A DNA stretch of 54,460 bases from Firmicutes bacterium CAG:475 (GTDB lineage: Bacteria > Bacillota > Clostridia > Christensenellales > CAG-917): positions 1 through 54,460 of the forward strand of contig FR895563.1 of the NCBI GenBank assembly GCA_000434435.1. The letters are read 5' to 3'. Numbering within the stretch: the first letter of the stretch is position 1; each line of letters starts with the position of its first letter. Below, piece after piece: positions 17,007 through 25,452 of this stretch. The notes below the pieces were generated by a model that did not search any database, was not told the origin of the DNA, and saw only the letters and a program-made list of their open reading frames with translations. The position numbers and the translations under genes were made by a program.

Positions 17007-17143
17007 GACGATTGAGTGAATTTTGGACAAATGTGATTGTTTTTCAAAAAATTCGCTCAGAATATTTGAAAAATCGGACGTATTGCAAAAAAATAGGTGG
17101 ATTTATAATCATAATTGATTATAATGGATGCAAAGAGGTAGTT

Positions 17144-18244
17144 ATGCAAGACATCAAAGAATCGAGAAAAATCATCAACGAAGTGGACGAGCAAATGGCG
17201 CGCCTGTTTGAACAACGCATGCAAGCGTGCGAGCAAATCGCTCTCTACAAAAAGGAAAACGGATTGAGCGTGCGCGACAGCGAGAGGGAAGAACAAGTTG
17301 TCGCAAACAACGCAAAACTCATTCAAAATCCCGCGCTCGTGCCCTATTACAAGGACTTTATTCGCTCGACTATGGACGTGTCTTGTCACTATCAAGCGTC
17401 GTTTATGCGCAAAATGAGAGTTGCGTATTGCGGAACGGCAGGCGCGTTTGCACACATTGCGGCAAAAAGGATGTATCCCGACGCCGAATATATCGCTTTT
17501 TCAAACTTTCAGGACGCGTACGACGCCACGCAAAAAGGAGATTGCGATTGCTCTGTGCTTCCGCTCGAAAACAGCTATGCCGGCGAAGTGGGCGAAGTGA
17601 TGGATTTAATTTTTTCGGGCGACCTTCACGTCAATCAAGTCGTCGACGTTGCGATCGCGCACAATCTCATCGCAAAAGCAGGGGCGCAAATCGAGGATAT
17701 AAAAATCGTTGTGAGCCATCCGCAAGCACTTGCGCAATGCGAAGAGTATATCAAAAAACACGGATTTGAAACGAGAGCATACTCCAACACCGCTCTTGCC
17801 GCAAAATACGTTGCAGAGGCGCAAGACGCATCGGTTGCTGCGCTTGCGTCGGATGAAACGGCAAGGATTTTCTCGCTTTCGATCGTGCAATCGCACGTCA
17901 ACGACAATCCAAACAACACCACTCGTTTCGCGGCGTTTTCAAGAGCGGAGAACGTACCCGTGTCCATAGGCAAGAGAGAGGACGAAAACTTCATTTTGGC
18001 ATTTACCGTGCAGAACGAATCGGGCGCGCTTGCAAGTGCGCTCAACATAATCGGCGCGCACAACTTCAACATGCGCACTCTACGCTCGCGCCCGATGAAA
18101 GATCTTCAATGGAACTATTATTTCTATATCGAGGCGGAGGGAAACGTTCGCACCGAAAACGGCAGAGATATGCTTCAGGAGCTTTCCGCGCTCTGTGCAA
18201 AACTCAAACTCGTGGGTAGCTACTTTGCCGACAACGTGAGGTAA
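17144..18244 (+). CDS. pheA: Bifunctional chorismate mutase / prephenate dehydratase (P-protein)
   Basis: The start is moved to the ATG at 17144, after AAAGAGG. It has an N-terminal AroQ-type chorismate mutase helix bundle (IINEVDEQMARLFEQRM), a prephenate dehydratase domain (VAYCGTAGAFAH...LPLENSYAGEV) and a C-terminal ACT domain. Confidence 0.93.
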   Translation: MQDIKESRKIINEVDEQMARLFEQRMQACEQIALYKKENGLSVRDSEREEQVVANNAKLIQNPALVPYYKDFIRSTMDVSCHYQASFMRKMRVAYCGTAGAFAHIAAKRMYPDAEYIAFSNFQDAYDATQKGDCDCSVLPLENSYAGEVGEVMDLIFSGDLHVNQVVDVAIAHNLIAKAGAQIEDIKIVVSHPQALAQCEEYIKKHGFETRAYSNTALAAKYVAEAQDASVAALASDETARIFSLSIVQSHVNDNPNNTTRFAAFSRAENVPVSIGKREDENFILAFTVQNESGALASALNIIGAHNFNMRTLRSRPMKDLQWNYYFYIEAEGNVRTENGRDMLQELSALCAKLKLVGSYFADNVR

Positions 18245-18246
18245 TT

Positions 18247-19248
18247 ATGATTTTGAAACGCAACGCAAAATGCCCCTACGATATAGTCGTTGACAGAGGA
18301 TTGCTCCAAAACATCGGGCAATTGCTCGACCTTGACAGAAAAGCGCTTCTTCTCACCGACGACGGCGTGCCGGAAGAGTATGCCCTCGTTGTTGAAAAAG
18401 CGTGCAAGAATTGTGTTACGGTGCGCTTAAAACAAGGCGAAGCGAGCAAAAATTTCGACAACTTCAAGTATATTTTGAGCGTAATGCTCCAAAACGGTTT
18501 TACGCGCAAAGACTGCGTTGTGGCACTCGGCGGCGGAGTTGTGGGGGATTTGGCGGGATTTGTCGCGTCGTGCTATATGCGCGGAGTTGATTTTTACAAT
18601 ATTCCCACCACGCTTTTGTCCCAGCTCGACTCGTCCATAGGCGGAAAAACCGCAATAGATTTCGAGGGAGTAAAGAACGTCGTGGGCAGTTTTTATCAGC
18701 CTGCAAAAGTGATTATCGACCTCGATACGCTCAAAACTCTTGACGACAGGCAGTTGCACGCAGGGCTTGTCGAGGGTATAAAAATGGCTCTCACGTCAAA
18801 CGGAAAACTGTTTGAATTTATCGAGCAAAGCGATGATTTGCAAAGGGATTTGCTCTGCATAGTGCAAAGTTCGCTCATCATAAAACGCGACGTGGTGGAG
18901 AAAGATCCGAAAGAGCAAGGGCTTCGCAAAGTGCTCAACTTCGGTCATACCCTCGGACATGCAATCGAAAGCGCGCAAGGCGGAAAACTTCTTCACGGCG
19001 AGTGCGTGGGCATAGGTATGCTGCCGATGTGTTCTCAAAAAGTGCGACAAAGACTTGTCAAAGTGCTTGAAAAATACGATTTGCCAACAAGCGCAAATTG
19101 CGATAAGGCGGAACTTTTGAGGCTTATGTCGCACGACAAAAAATCCGAAGGCGACAAAATTTGCGCTGTCGTGGTAGACGCTCCGGGTTCGTTCAGATTT
19201 GTGGAAACGACGGCAAAAGAAATTCTTGAAAGAGAGGAAAATTTATGA
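18247..19248 (+). CDS. aroB: 3-dehydroquinate synthase
   Basis: It has GGGVVGDLAGF and NFGHTLGHAIE motifs and starts 2 nt after pheA. Confidence 0.93.
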   Translation: MILKRNAKCPYDIVVDRGLLQNIGQLLDLDRKALLLTDDGVPEEYALVVEKACKNCVTVRLKQGEASKNFDNFKYILSVMLQNGFTRKDCVVALGGGVVGDLAGFVASCYMRGVDFYNIPTTLLSQLDSSIGGKTAIDFEGVKNVVGSFYQPAKVIIDLDTLKTLDDRQLHAGLVEGIKMALTSNGKLFEFIEQSDDLQRDLLCIVQSSLIIKRDVVEKDPKEQGLRKVLNFGHTLGHAIESAQGGKLLHGECVGIGMLPMCSQKVRQRLVKVLEKYDLPTSANCDKAELLRLMSHDKKSEGDKICAVVVDAPGSFRFVETTAKEILEREENL

Positions 19249-20339
19249 AAAACACGTTTGGACAAAGCATATCTCTCACCGTGTTCGGCGAAAGCCACGG
19301 CGCAGGCGTGGGTGTTGTTCTCGACGGACTTTGTTCGGGACTCGACGTAAACGACGCAAGCATAAAAACCGCGCTTTCTCGTCGCGCGCCCTCTACGTCA
19401 ACGGACACCGCAAGACGAGAAAGAGACGCGTATCAAATCCTCTCGGGCGTGTTCAACGGCAAGACCACGGGCACTCCGATTTGCATTTTCATACCCAACG
19501 AAAACACCGACAGCAAGGCTTACGAGTACGGAATCGCACGACCCTCTCACGCAGATTACGCTGCGTTTTGCAAGTACGGCGGATATGAAGATTATAGAGG
19601 CGGAGGACATTTTTCGGGACGCGTTACGGCAGGTATAGTCGCCACGGGAGCAATCTTGAAAGATGCTTTGAAAGGGCTCGGAATTTCAATCGGCACGCAT
19701 ATCCTCGAATGTGCAAACGTGCGCGATAACGAGTTTAACGATATACAAAACGAGGTTTTAAGTCTTGATTGTGAAAAATTCCCCGTTTTGAACGAAGATA
19801 AAGGAAAGCAAATGATTGCGAAAATCGAGGATGCAAAAGCAAATCTCGACAGCGTGGGAGGAATCACTCAAACGGCAATCGTAGGTTTGCCGGCAGGGGT
19901 TGGCGAGCCTATGTTCGACAGCGTGGAAGGCATGCTTTCGCACGCTATGTTCGCAATAGGCGCAGTCAAAGGTATAGAGTTCGGCAAAGGCTTCGAACTC
20001 GGCAAAATGCTAGGTTCTTCCGCAAACGACGCTTTCGTCATCGAGGACGGAAAAGTTAAGACTTCAACCAACAACAACGGCGGCATAAACGGCGGCATCA
20101 CAAACGGTATGCCCGTGCTTTTCAATTTGGCAATCAAGCCTACGCCGTCAATCGCACAAAAGCAAAATACGGTTGACTTCATAAACGGAAAGCAAACCGA
20201 AATCGAAATCGTCGGCAGACACGACCCGGCAATCGTCAGACGAATTTGCCCCGTCGTCGACAGCGTGAGCGCGCTTGTGGTGTGCGACCTTCTTGCTCAA
20301 AGATACGGCACGGACGTTTTCAAAAAGGGTATAAAATAA
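19245..20339 (+). CDS. aroC: Chorismate synthase
   Basis: FGESHG, SHADYAA and GGGHFSGR motifs are present. It has a 4-nt overlap with aroB. Confidence 0.95.
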   Translation: MKNTFGQSISLTVFGESHGAGVGVVLDGLCSGLDVNDASIKTALSRRAPSTSTDTARRERDAYQILSGVFNGKTTGTPICIFIPNENTDSKAYEYGIARPSHADYAAFCKYGGYEDYRGGGHFSGRVTAGIVATGAILKDALKGLGISIGTHILECANVRDNEFNDIQNEVLSLDCEKFPVLNEDKGKQMIAKIEDAKANLDSVGGITQTAIVGLPAGVGEPMFDSVEGMLSHAMFAIGAVKGIEFGKGFELGKMLGSSANDAFVIEDGKVKTSTNNNGGINGGITNGMPVLFNLAIKPTPSIAQKQNTVDFINGKQTEIEIVGRHDPAIVRRICPVVDSVSALVVCDLLAQRYGTDVFKKGIK

Positions 20340-21583
20340 TGAAGTACGGACTTATCGGCGAAAAACTTGCGCACAGCTATTCGTGCGAAATCCACGCGCT
20401 CATTGCGGATTACGAGTACGAGCTTAAACCGCTTGCCAAAGACGAGGTTGGCGAGTTTTTGAAGCGTAAAGATTTTTGTGCGATAAACGTAACGATACCC
20501 TACAAGGAAACCGTCATACCCTATCTCGACGTTATATCCGAGGAAGCAAGGTCAATCGGCGCGGTCAATACGATTGTCAACAAAAACGGAAAACTTTTCG
20601 GCTACAACACCGATTTTTACGGAATAAAAGCTCTTACGGAAAAGGCAGGCGTTGAAATTGCGGACAAAAACGTGCTTATTCTCGGCACTGGCGGCACGGC
20701 AAAGACGGCAAGCGCGGTTATGCGTACGCTGGGCGCAAAGAGCGTTGTAAAAGTGTCGCGTACAAAAAAGGACGACGCTATCGATTACGAAGAGGCAAAA
20801 ACGAAAAAAGACACGCAAGTGATTTTCAACGCAACCCCCGCGGGCATGTACCCGAGCGACGAGGGTTGCCCGATTGATTTAAGCGTGTTCGACAATCTCG
20901 AAGGCGTGCTCGACGCAATATATCATCCCCTATGCACCAATCTCGTTTTGCAAGCGAGAGAGAAGGGCGCAAAGGCTCTCGGCGGACTTTATATGCTCGT
21001 TGCGCAGGCGGTGTACGCATCGAGGCTGTTCCTCTCAAAAAGCATTGACGACTTAGATAAATACGAAATAGACGATACTTACGAGAAGATTTTGGCGCAA
21101 AAGCAAAACGTCGTGCTTGTGGGTATGCCGTCGTCGGGAAAATCAACAATCGGCAAGCGAGTTGCAAAAATGCTGGGCAGAGAATTTGTCGACACCGACG
21201 ATGAAATCGTCAAAAAAATAAATATGCCCATTGCCGAGTTTTTTGCCAAATACGGCGAGGCGGAGTTCAGAAAAATCGAGAGCGAAATCGTTTGCGAAAT
21301 CTCGAAGAGAAGCGCAATCGTCGTCGCAACCGGCGGCGGCGTAGTGCTTGACAAAAACAACGTGTCCGCACTAAGACGCAACGGCAAAATCGTGTTTTTG
21401 AACAGAAGCGTACAAAATCTCGTAGCGACAAAGTCAAGACCGCTTTCGTCAAACGCGAAAGACTTGAAAAATATGTTTGAACAACGCTATCCGATATACA
21501 AAGCGAGCGCGGATATAGAGATAAACAACGACGAAACCGTCGATATCGCCGTGCGCGAAATCGCAAAGGAGTTTGAAAAATGA
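20339..21583 (+). CDS. aroE/aroK: Fused shikimate dehydrogenase / shikimate kinase
   Basis: The start is moved to the ATG at 20339 (TAATG overlap with the aroC stop). The N-terminal part is AroE (MKYGLIGEKLAHSYS..., GTGGTAKTA). The C-terminal roughly 165 aa is AroK with Walker A GMPSSGKST (about 21125-21150). It is one continuous ORF. Confidence 0.9.
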   Translation: MKYGLIGEKLAHSYSCEIHALIADYEYELKPLAKDEVGEFLKRKDFCAINVTIPYKETVIPYLDVISEEARSIGAVNTIVNKNGKLFGYNTDFYGIKALTEKAGVEIADKNVLILGTGGTAKTASAVMRTLGAKSVVKVSRTKKDDAIDYEEAKTKKDTQVIFNATPAGMYPSDEGCPIDLSVFDNLEGVLDAIYHPLCTNLVLQAREKGAKALGGLYMLVAQAVYASRLFLSKSIDDLDKYEIDDTYEKILAQKQNVVLVGMPSSGKSTIGKRVAKMLGREFVDTDDEIVKKINMPIAEFFAKYGEAEFRKIESEIVCEISKRSAIVVATGGGVVLDKNNVSALRRNGKIVFLNRSVQNLVATKSRPLSSNAKDLKNMFEQRYPIYKASADIEINNDETVDIAVREIAKEFEK

Positions 21584-22014
21584 AAATTTTGGTGCTGAAC
21601 GGACCCAATATAAATATGCTGGGAATACGCGAGCCGCAAATTTACGGCAATCGCACATACAGCGACCTTGTACGGACAATAAAGAATTACTGTGACGAAA
21701 AGGATATAACGGTCGAGTTTTTTCAATCCAACCACGAAGGCGCGCTCATCGACAAAATTCAGGACGCTTACTTTTCAAAGACGGACGGCATCGTGATAAA
21801 TCCGGCAGGCTACACACACACGAGCGTTGCGATTGCCGACGCATTGAAGGGCGTGGATATTCCGTTTGTCGAAGTGCATATCTCGAAAGTCGACGAAAGA
21901 GAGGATTTTCGCAAAATAAGTTTTGTGAGAAATTACGCAACCAAAACGATTTCGGGCAAAGGTTTCGAGGGGTATATCGAGGCGATAGATACGCTTGCAA
22001 ACCTCAAAAAGTGA
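21580..22014 (+). CDS. aroQ: Type II 3-dehydroquinate dehydratase
   Basis: MKILVLNGPNINMLGIREPQIYG...INPAGYTHTSVA is present. It has an ATGA overlap with the previous gene. Confidence 0.95.
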   Translation: MKILVLNGPNINMLGIREPQIYGNRTYSDLVRTIKNYCDEKDITVEFFQSNHEGALIDKIQDAYFSKTDGIVINPAGYTHTSVAIADALKGVDIPFVEVHISKVDEREDFRKISFVRNYATKTISGKGFEGYIEAIDTLANLKK

Positions 22015-22145
22015 GTGAACAAGCATAGAAAACGGCAAAAACATAAGCGTAAAAAGCATGCGAAACACGCAGAAAATCGTATAAAATAACATTCAAAAAC
22101 TGCGAAAAATAATACGCGAAATAAACGGCATAAAAAACAATAGAA

Positions 22146-23396
22146 ATGAGAGTTAAAATCGAAAAATCCAAAGCGGTCGGCACAGCCGTCGCGCCACCGT
22201 CGAAAAGCATTGCGCACAGACTTTTGATTGCGTGCGCCTTGGCAAGCGGAAAAAGCGAAGTGAAGGGCATCTCGGACAGCGAAGATATGCTTGCCACTTT
22301 GGATTGTATAAAAGCTCTCGGAGTCGACGCACAAAAGGACGGCGACGTCGTGAGAATACGCGCAAATGCAAAAGCAAAAAATTGCGAGTGCGAGAGTAGC
22401 GTTTTCAACGATACGAAAAGCGTAAACAATAAGGTGATTTTCGATTGCCGAGAGAGCGGAAGCACGTTGAGATTCTTTATTCCCGTAGCAAGCGTTTTTT
22501 GTGACGAGTGCGAGTTTGTAGGCTCGAAAAGATTGCTCGAAAGAGGTGTGGGAATTTATGAAAAAACGCTGGGTGAAAACGGCGTGAGCGTGCAATCTCA
22601 AAAGGACGAAATCGTCGTGTCGGGCAGGCTTAAAAGCGGCACGTACACGCTTGACGGAAACGTGAGCAGTCAATACGTTTCCGGGCTTATGTTTGCGCTT
22701 CCGCTGCTTGACGGGGACAGCAAAATAATCGTGCGAGAACCCGTTGAAAGTCGGGCGTATATCGACCTTACGACAGACGTTTTGAAAAAGGTCGGAATCG
22801 AGATTGTCGAAGAGCAAAAAAACGTGTTTTCGATAAAAGGCAATCAAAAATACACATGCGGACAATATGCCGTCGAGGGCGATTGGTCAAACGGCGCGAT
22901 GTTGCTTGCGCTTGGCGAAATCGGCGGAAGAGTGGACGTTGTAGGACTTGACGAAAACAGCGTGCAAGGGGACAAAATTTGCAAAGATATTTTCAAAAAA
23001 CTCGACGATAAAAACGTTGTTGTCGATCTTGCGAATTGCCCCGATTTAGCACCGATTGCGTTTGTCGCGGCGGCGGTGAAAAACGGCGCGACTTTTACGG
23101 GAACAAGGCGTTTGAGAATAAAAGAAAGCGACAGAGCGACGGCTATGGCGCAAGAACTTGCAAAATTCGGAATTGTCGTAGATGTGCATGAAAACGACGT
23201 TGTCGTGCACAAAAACGATATAAAAACACCGTGTTGTGACATTTGCGGACACAACGACCATAGAATCGTTATGGCGTGCAGCGTGCTTTTGAGCATGACG
23301 GGCGGATATATAGACGGCGCGGAAGCGGTGAAAAAAAGCTTCCCGAATTTCTTTAATACCATAGGCAGACTCGGAGTGAAATATGAAGTTGAATAA
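22146..23396 (+). CDS. aroA: 3-phosphoshikimate 1-carboxyvinyltransferase (EPSP synthase)
   Basis: PPSKSIAHRLLIACALASG, DCRESGSTLRF and LRIKESDR motifs are present. No SD is visible upstream; the leader is A-rich. Confidence 0.93.
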   Translation: MRVKIEKSKAVGTAVAPPSKSIAHRLLIACALASGKSEVKGISDSEDMLATLDCIKALGVDAQKDGDVVRIRANAKAKNCECESSVFNDTKSVNNKVIFDCRESGSTLRFFIPVASVFCDECEFVGSKRLLERGVGIYEKTLGENGVSVQSQKDEIVVSGRLKSGTYTLDGNVSSQYVSGLMFALPLLDGDSKIIVREPVESRAYIDLTTDVLKKVGIEIVEEQKNVFSIKGNQKYTCGQYAVEGDWSNGAMLLALGEIGGRVDVVGLDENSVQGDKICKDIFKKLDDKNVVVDLANCPDLAPIAFVAAAVKNGATFTGTRRLRIKESDRATAMAQELAKFGIVVDVHENDVVVHKNDIKTPCCDICGHNDHRIVMACSVLLSMTGGYIDGAEAVKKSFPNFFNTIGRLGVKYEVE

Positions 23397-24252
23397 GGAT
23401 ATGAAAATTCTCATAGTCGGGCTCGGTCTTATCGGCGGAAGCTATGCCGAAGCTCTTTCGAAAAAGGGCTATGAAGTGGGGGCTATCGACCAAAAACAAG
23501 AAGCTATCGACTTTGCTTTGCACAAGGGATATATCGCAAGCGGAAAGACGAGCGTCGACAAAGACTACGTAGGAAAATTCGATATAGTCGTGTTTGCGCT
23601 TTATCCGCATGCGTTTGTCGAATGGATTGAAAAATATCAAAACTGCTTGAAATCGGGCGCGATTGTAACCGACGTTACGGGCGTAAAAGGCGGCGTCGTG
23701 TGCGACGTGCAAAACGCGTTGCGCAAGGACGTGGAGTTTATTGCCGCGCATCCCATGGCGGGAAGAGAATGTTCGGGCGTAGAGAACGCGAAAGCGGAGA
23801 TTTTCGAGGGCGCGAATTACATCGTCGTTCCCACCGAGAGAAACACGCAAGAGGCAATCGAATTGTGCAAGGATTTGGGCAGAGAACTGGGCTTTAAACA
23901 TATAAGCGAACTGTCCGTCAAACAGCACGACGAAACGGTGGGATTTCTGTCCCATCTGACGCACTGCATCGCCGTATCGCTGATGGTGTGCAAGGAGAGC
24001 GGACATCTTGCCGATTATACGGGGGATTCCTTCCGCGATCTCACCCGTATCGCAAAGATAAACGACGAGATGTGGAGCGAGCTGTTTCTTTTAAACAAAG
24101 ACGAAATCGTCGAACAAATGAACCTTTTCGAGCAGCATTTCGGCAAGCTCAAAGAGTGTATTCAAAACGACGACAGAGAAGGCATTCGAGAGATGATGCG
24201 CCTTTCGACAAAGCGTCGCAAGGTTTTCGATAAATGCAACGAGGAGAATTAA
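23383..24252 (+). CDS. tyrA: Prephenate dehydrogenase
   Basis: It has the Rossmann motif ILIVGLGLIGGS and the AAHPMAG motif. The ATG at 23383 has GGAG 6 nt upstream; an alternative ATG lies at 23401. Confidence 0.9.
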   Translation: MKLNKDMKILIVGLGLIGGSYAEALSKKGYEVGAIDQKQEAIDFALHKGYIASGKTSVDKDYVGKFDIVVFALYPHAFVEWIEKYQNCLKSGAIVTDVTGVKGGVVCDVQNALRKDVEFIAAHPMAGRECSGVENAKAEIFEGANYIVVPTERNTQEAIELCKDLGRELGFKHISELSVKQHDETVGFLSHLTHCIAVSLMVCKESGHLADYTGDSFRDLTRIAKINDEMWSELFLLNKDEIVEQMNLFEQHFGKLKECIQNDDREGIREMMRLSTKRRKVFDKCNEEN

Positions 24253-24253
24253 A

Positions 24254-25282
24254 ATGAATTTGGAATTCAAAAGAAAACTGCCCACATTGCAAGAGATAAA
24301 GGCAATGTATCCCATAGACGAACAACTCGCGTCGCAAAAAAAAGCGAGAGACGTCGCACTCAAAGACATTTTCGAGGGAAAGGACGACAGACTTGTTTTG
24401 GTGATAGGCCCTTGTTCGGCGGACAGAGAGGACGCCGTTCTGGACTATATTTCGCGGCTTCGCGACGTGCAAGAGAAGGTGAAGGACAAAATCTTTATCG
24501 TTCCGCGTATATATACCAACAAGCCGCGTACCACGGGCGACGGCTACAAGGGTATGTTGCATCAACCCGATCCGCATGCAAGCGAAAACATGCTAAAAGG
24601 GCTTATCGCAATCCGCAAACTGCATATAAAAGCGTTGCGTGAAACGGGCTTTTCCTGCGCGGACGAGATGCTTTATCCCGAAAACCACCTTTATTTGTCC
24701 GACGTGCTGTGCTACGTCGCGGTGGGCGCAAGGTCGGTTGAAAACCAATTCCATCGCCTCACCGCAAGCGGGTTAGATATTCCCGTGGGCATGAAAAACC
24801 CAACCAGCGGCGATTTGTCCGTCATGATGAATTCAATCCGCGCCGCACAACATCCGCATACGTTTGTTTATTCGGGCTGGGAAGTCAACTCAAAAGGCAA
24901 TCCGCTTGCTCACGCAATATTGAGAGGCTCGGTGGACAAAAACGGACAGACGATCCCCAACTATCATTACGAGGACTTGCGCAAACTTGCCGATTTGTAC
25001 GCGCAAAGCGGTCTTGAAAATCCTGCCGTCATCGTGGATACCAATCATTCAAACTCAGCAAAAAGATTTTTCGAGCAACCTCGTATCGCAAAAGAAGTGT
25101 TGCACAGCATGCGCCAATCGCAAGATATAAACGCAATCGTCAAAGGGCTTATGATAGAGTCCTACATCGAAGAAGGCGCGCAATCTTCCGACGGCGGCGT
25201 GTACGGCAAATCCATCACCGATCCGTGCCTTGGCTGGCAAGACACCGAACGACTGATTCTGGAATTGGCAGATCAGCTTTGA
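24254..25282 (+). CDS. 3-deoxy-7-phosphoheptulonate (DAHP) synthase, class I-alpha (AroF/G/H family; isozyme not assignable)
   Basis: LVIGPCS, KPRTT, GARS.E.Q.HR, ASGL..PVGMKN and ILRG motifs run collinear with E. coli AroG as I remember it. Confidence 0.9.
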   Translation: MNLEFKRKLPTLQEIKAMYPIDEQLASQKKARDVALKDIFEGKDDRLVLVIGPCSADREDAVLDYISRLRDVQEKVKDKIFIVPRIYTNKPRTTGDGYKGMLHQPDPHASENMLKGLIAIRKLHIKALRETGFSCADEMLYPENHLYLSDVLCYVAVGARSVENQFHRLTASGLDIPVGMKNPTSGDLSVMMNSIRAAQHPHTFVYSGWEVNSKGNPLAHAILRGSVDKNGQTIPNYHYEDLRKLADLYAQSGLENPAVIVDTNHSNSAKRFFEQPRIAKEVLHSMRQSQDINAIVKGLMIESYIEEGAQSSDGGVYGKSITDPCLGWQDTERLILELADQL

Positions 25283-25300
25283 CGAACAAAGAATATGAAT

Positions 25301-25337
25301 AAAAAAATGCGTTTGGTTTTTCCAGACGCATTTTTTG
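25301..25337 (+). terminator. Intrinsic terminator ending the aro operon
   Basis: An 11-bp stem, AATGCGTTTGG (25306-25316) / CCAGACGCATT (25322-25332), has one G-U pair and runs into a T6 tract. Confidence 0.8.
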
Positions 25338-25452
25338 TGTAATGCACCGAAAACGGTACTACAATTCGATTAAAATTAAAAAAGAAAAAGCCGTATTGAT
25401 ATTTATGTGTTGATATGGTAAAATTTAAAATATTAAAGGTTTAGAGGTGTAT

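Noticed and set aside
16770-17143. I considered a T-box riboswitch, TRAP site or other known leader upstream of pheA.
   Set aside because: I looked for the conserved T-box sequence (…GGTGGTACCGCG-like), a specifier-loop/GA-motif arrangement and regularly spaced GAG/TAG triplets, and found none. The only GGTGG (about 17097) lies downstream of the terminator. The leader-peptide model fits the visible elements better.
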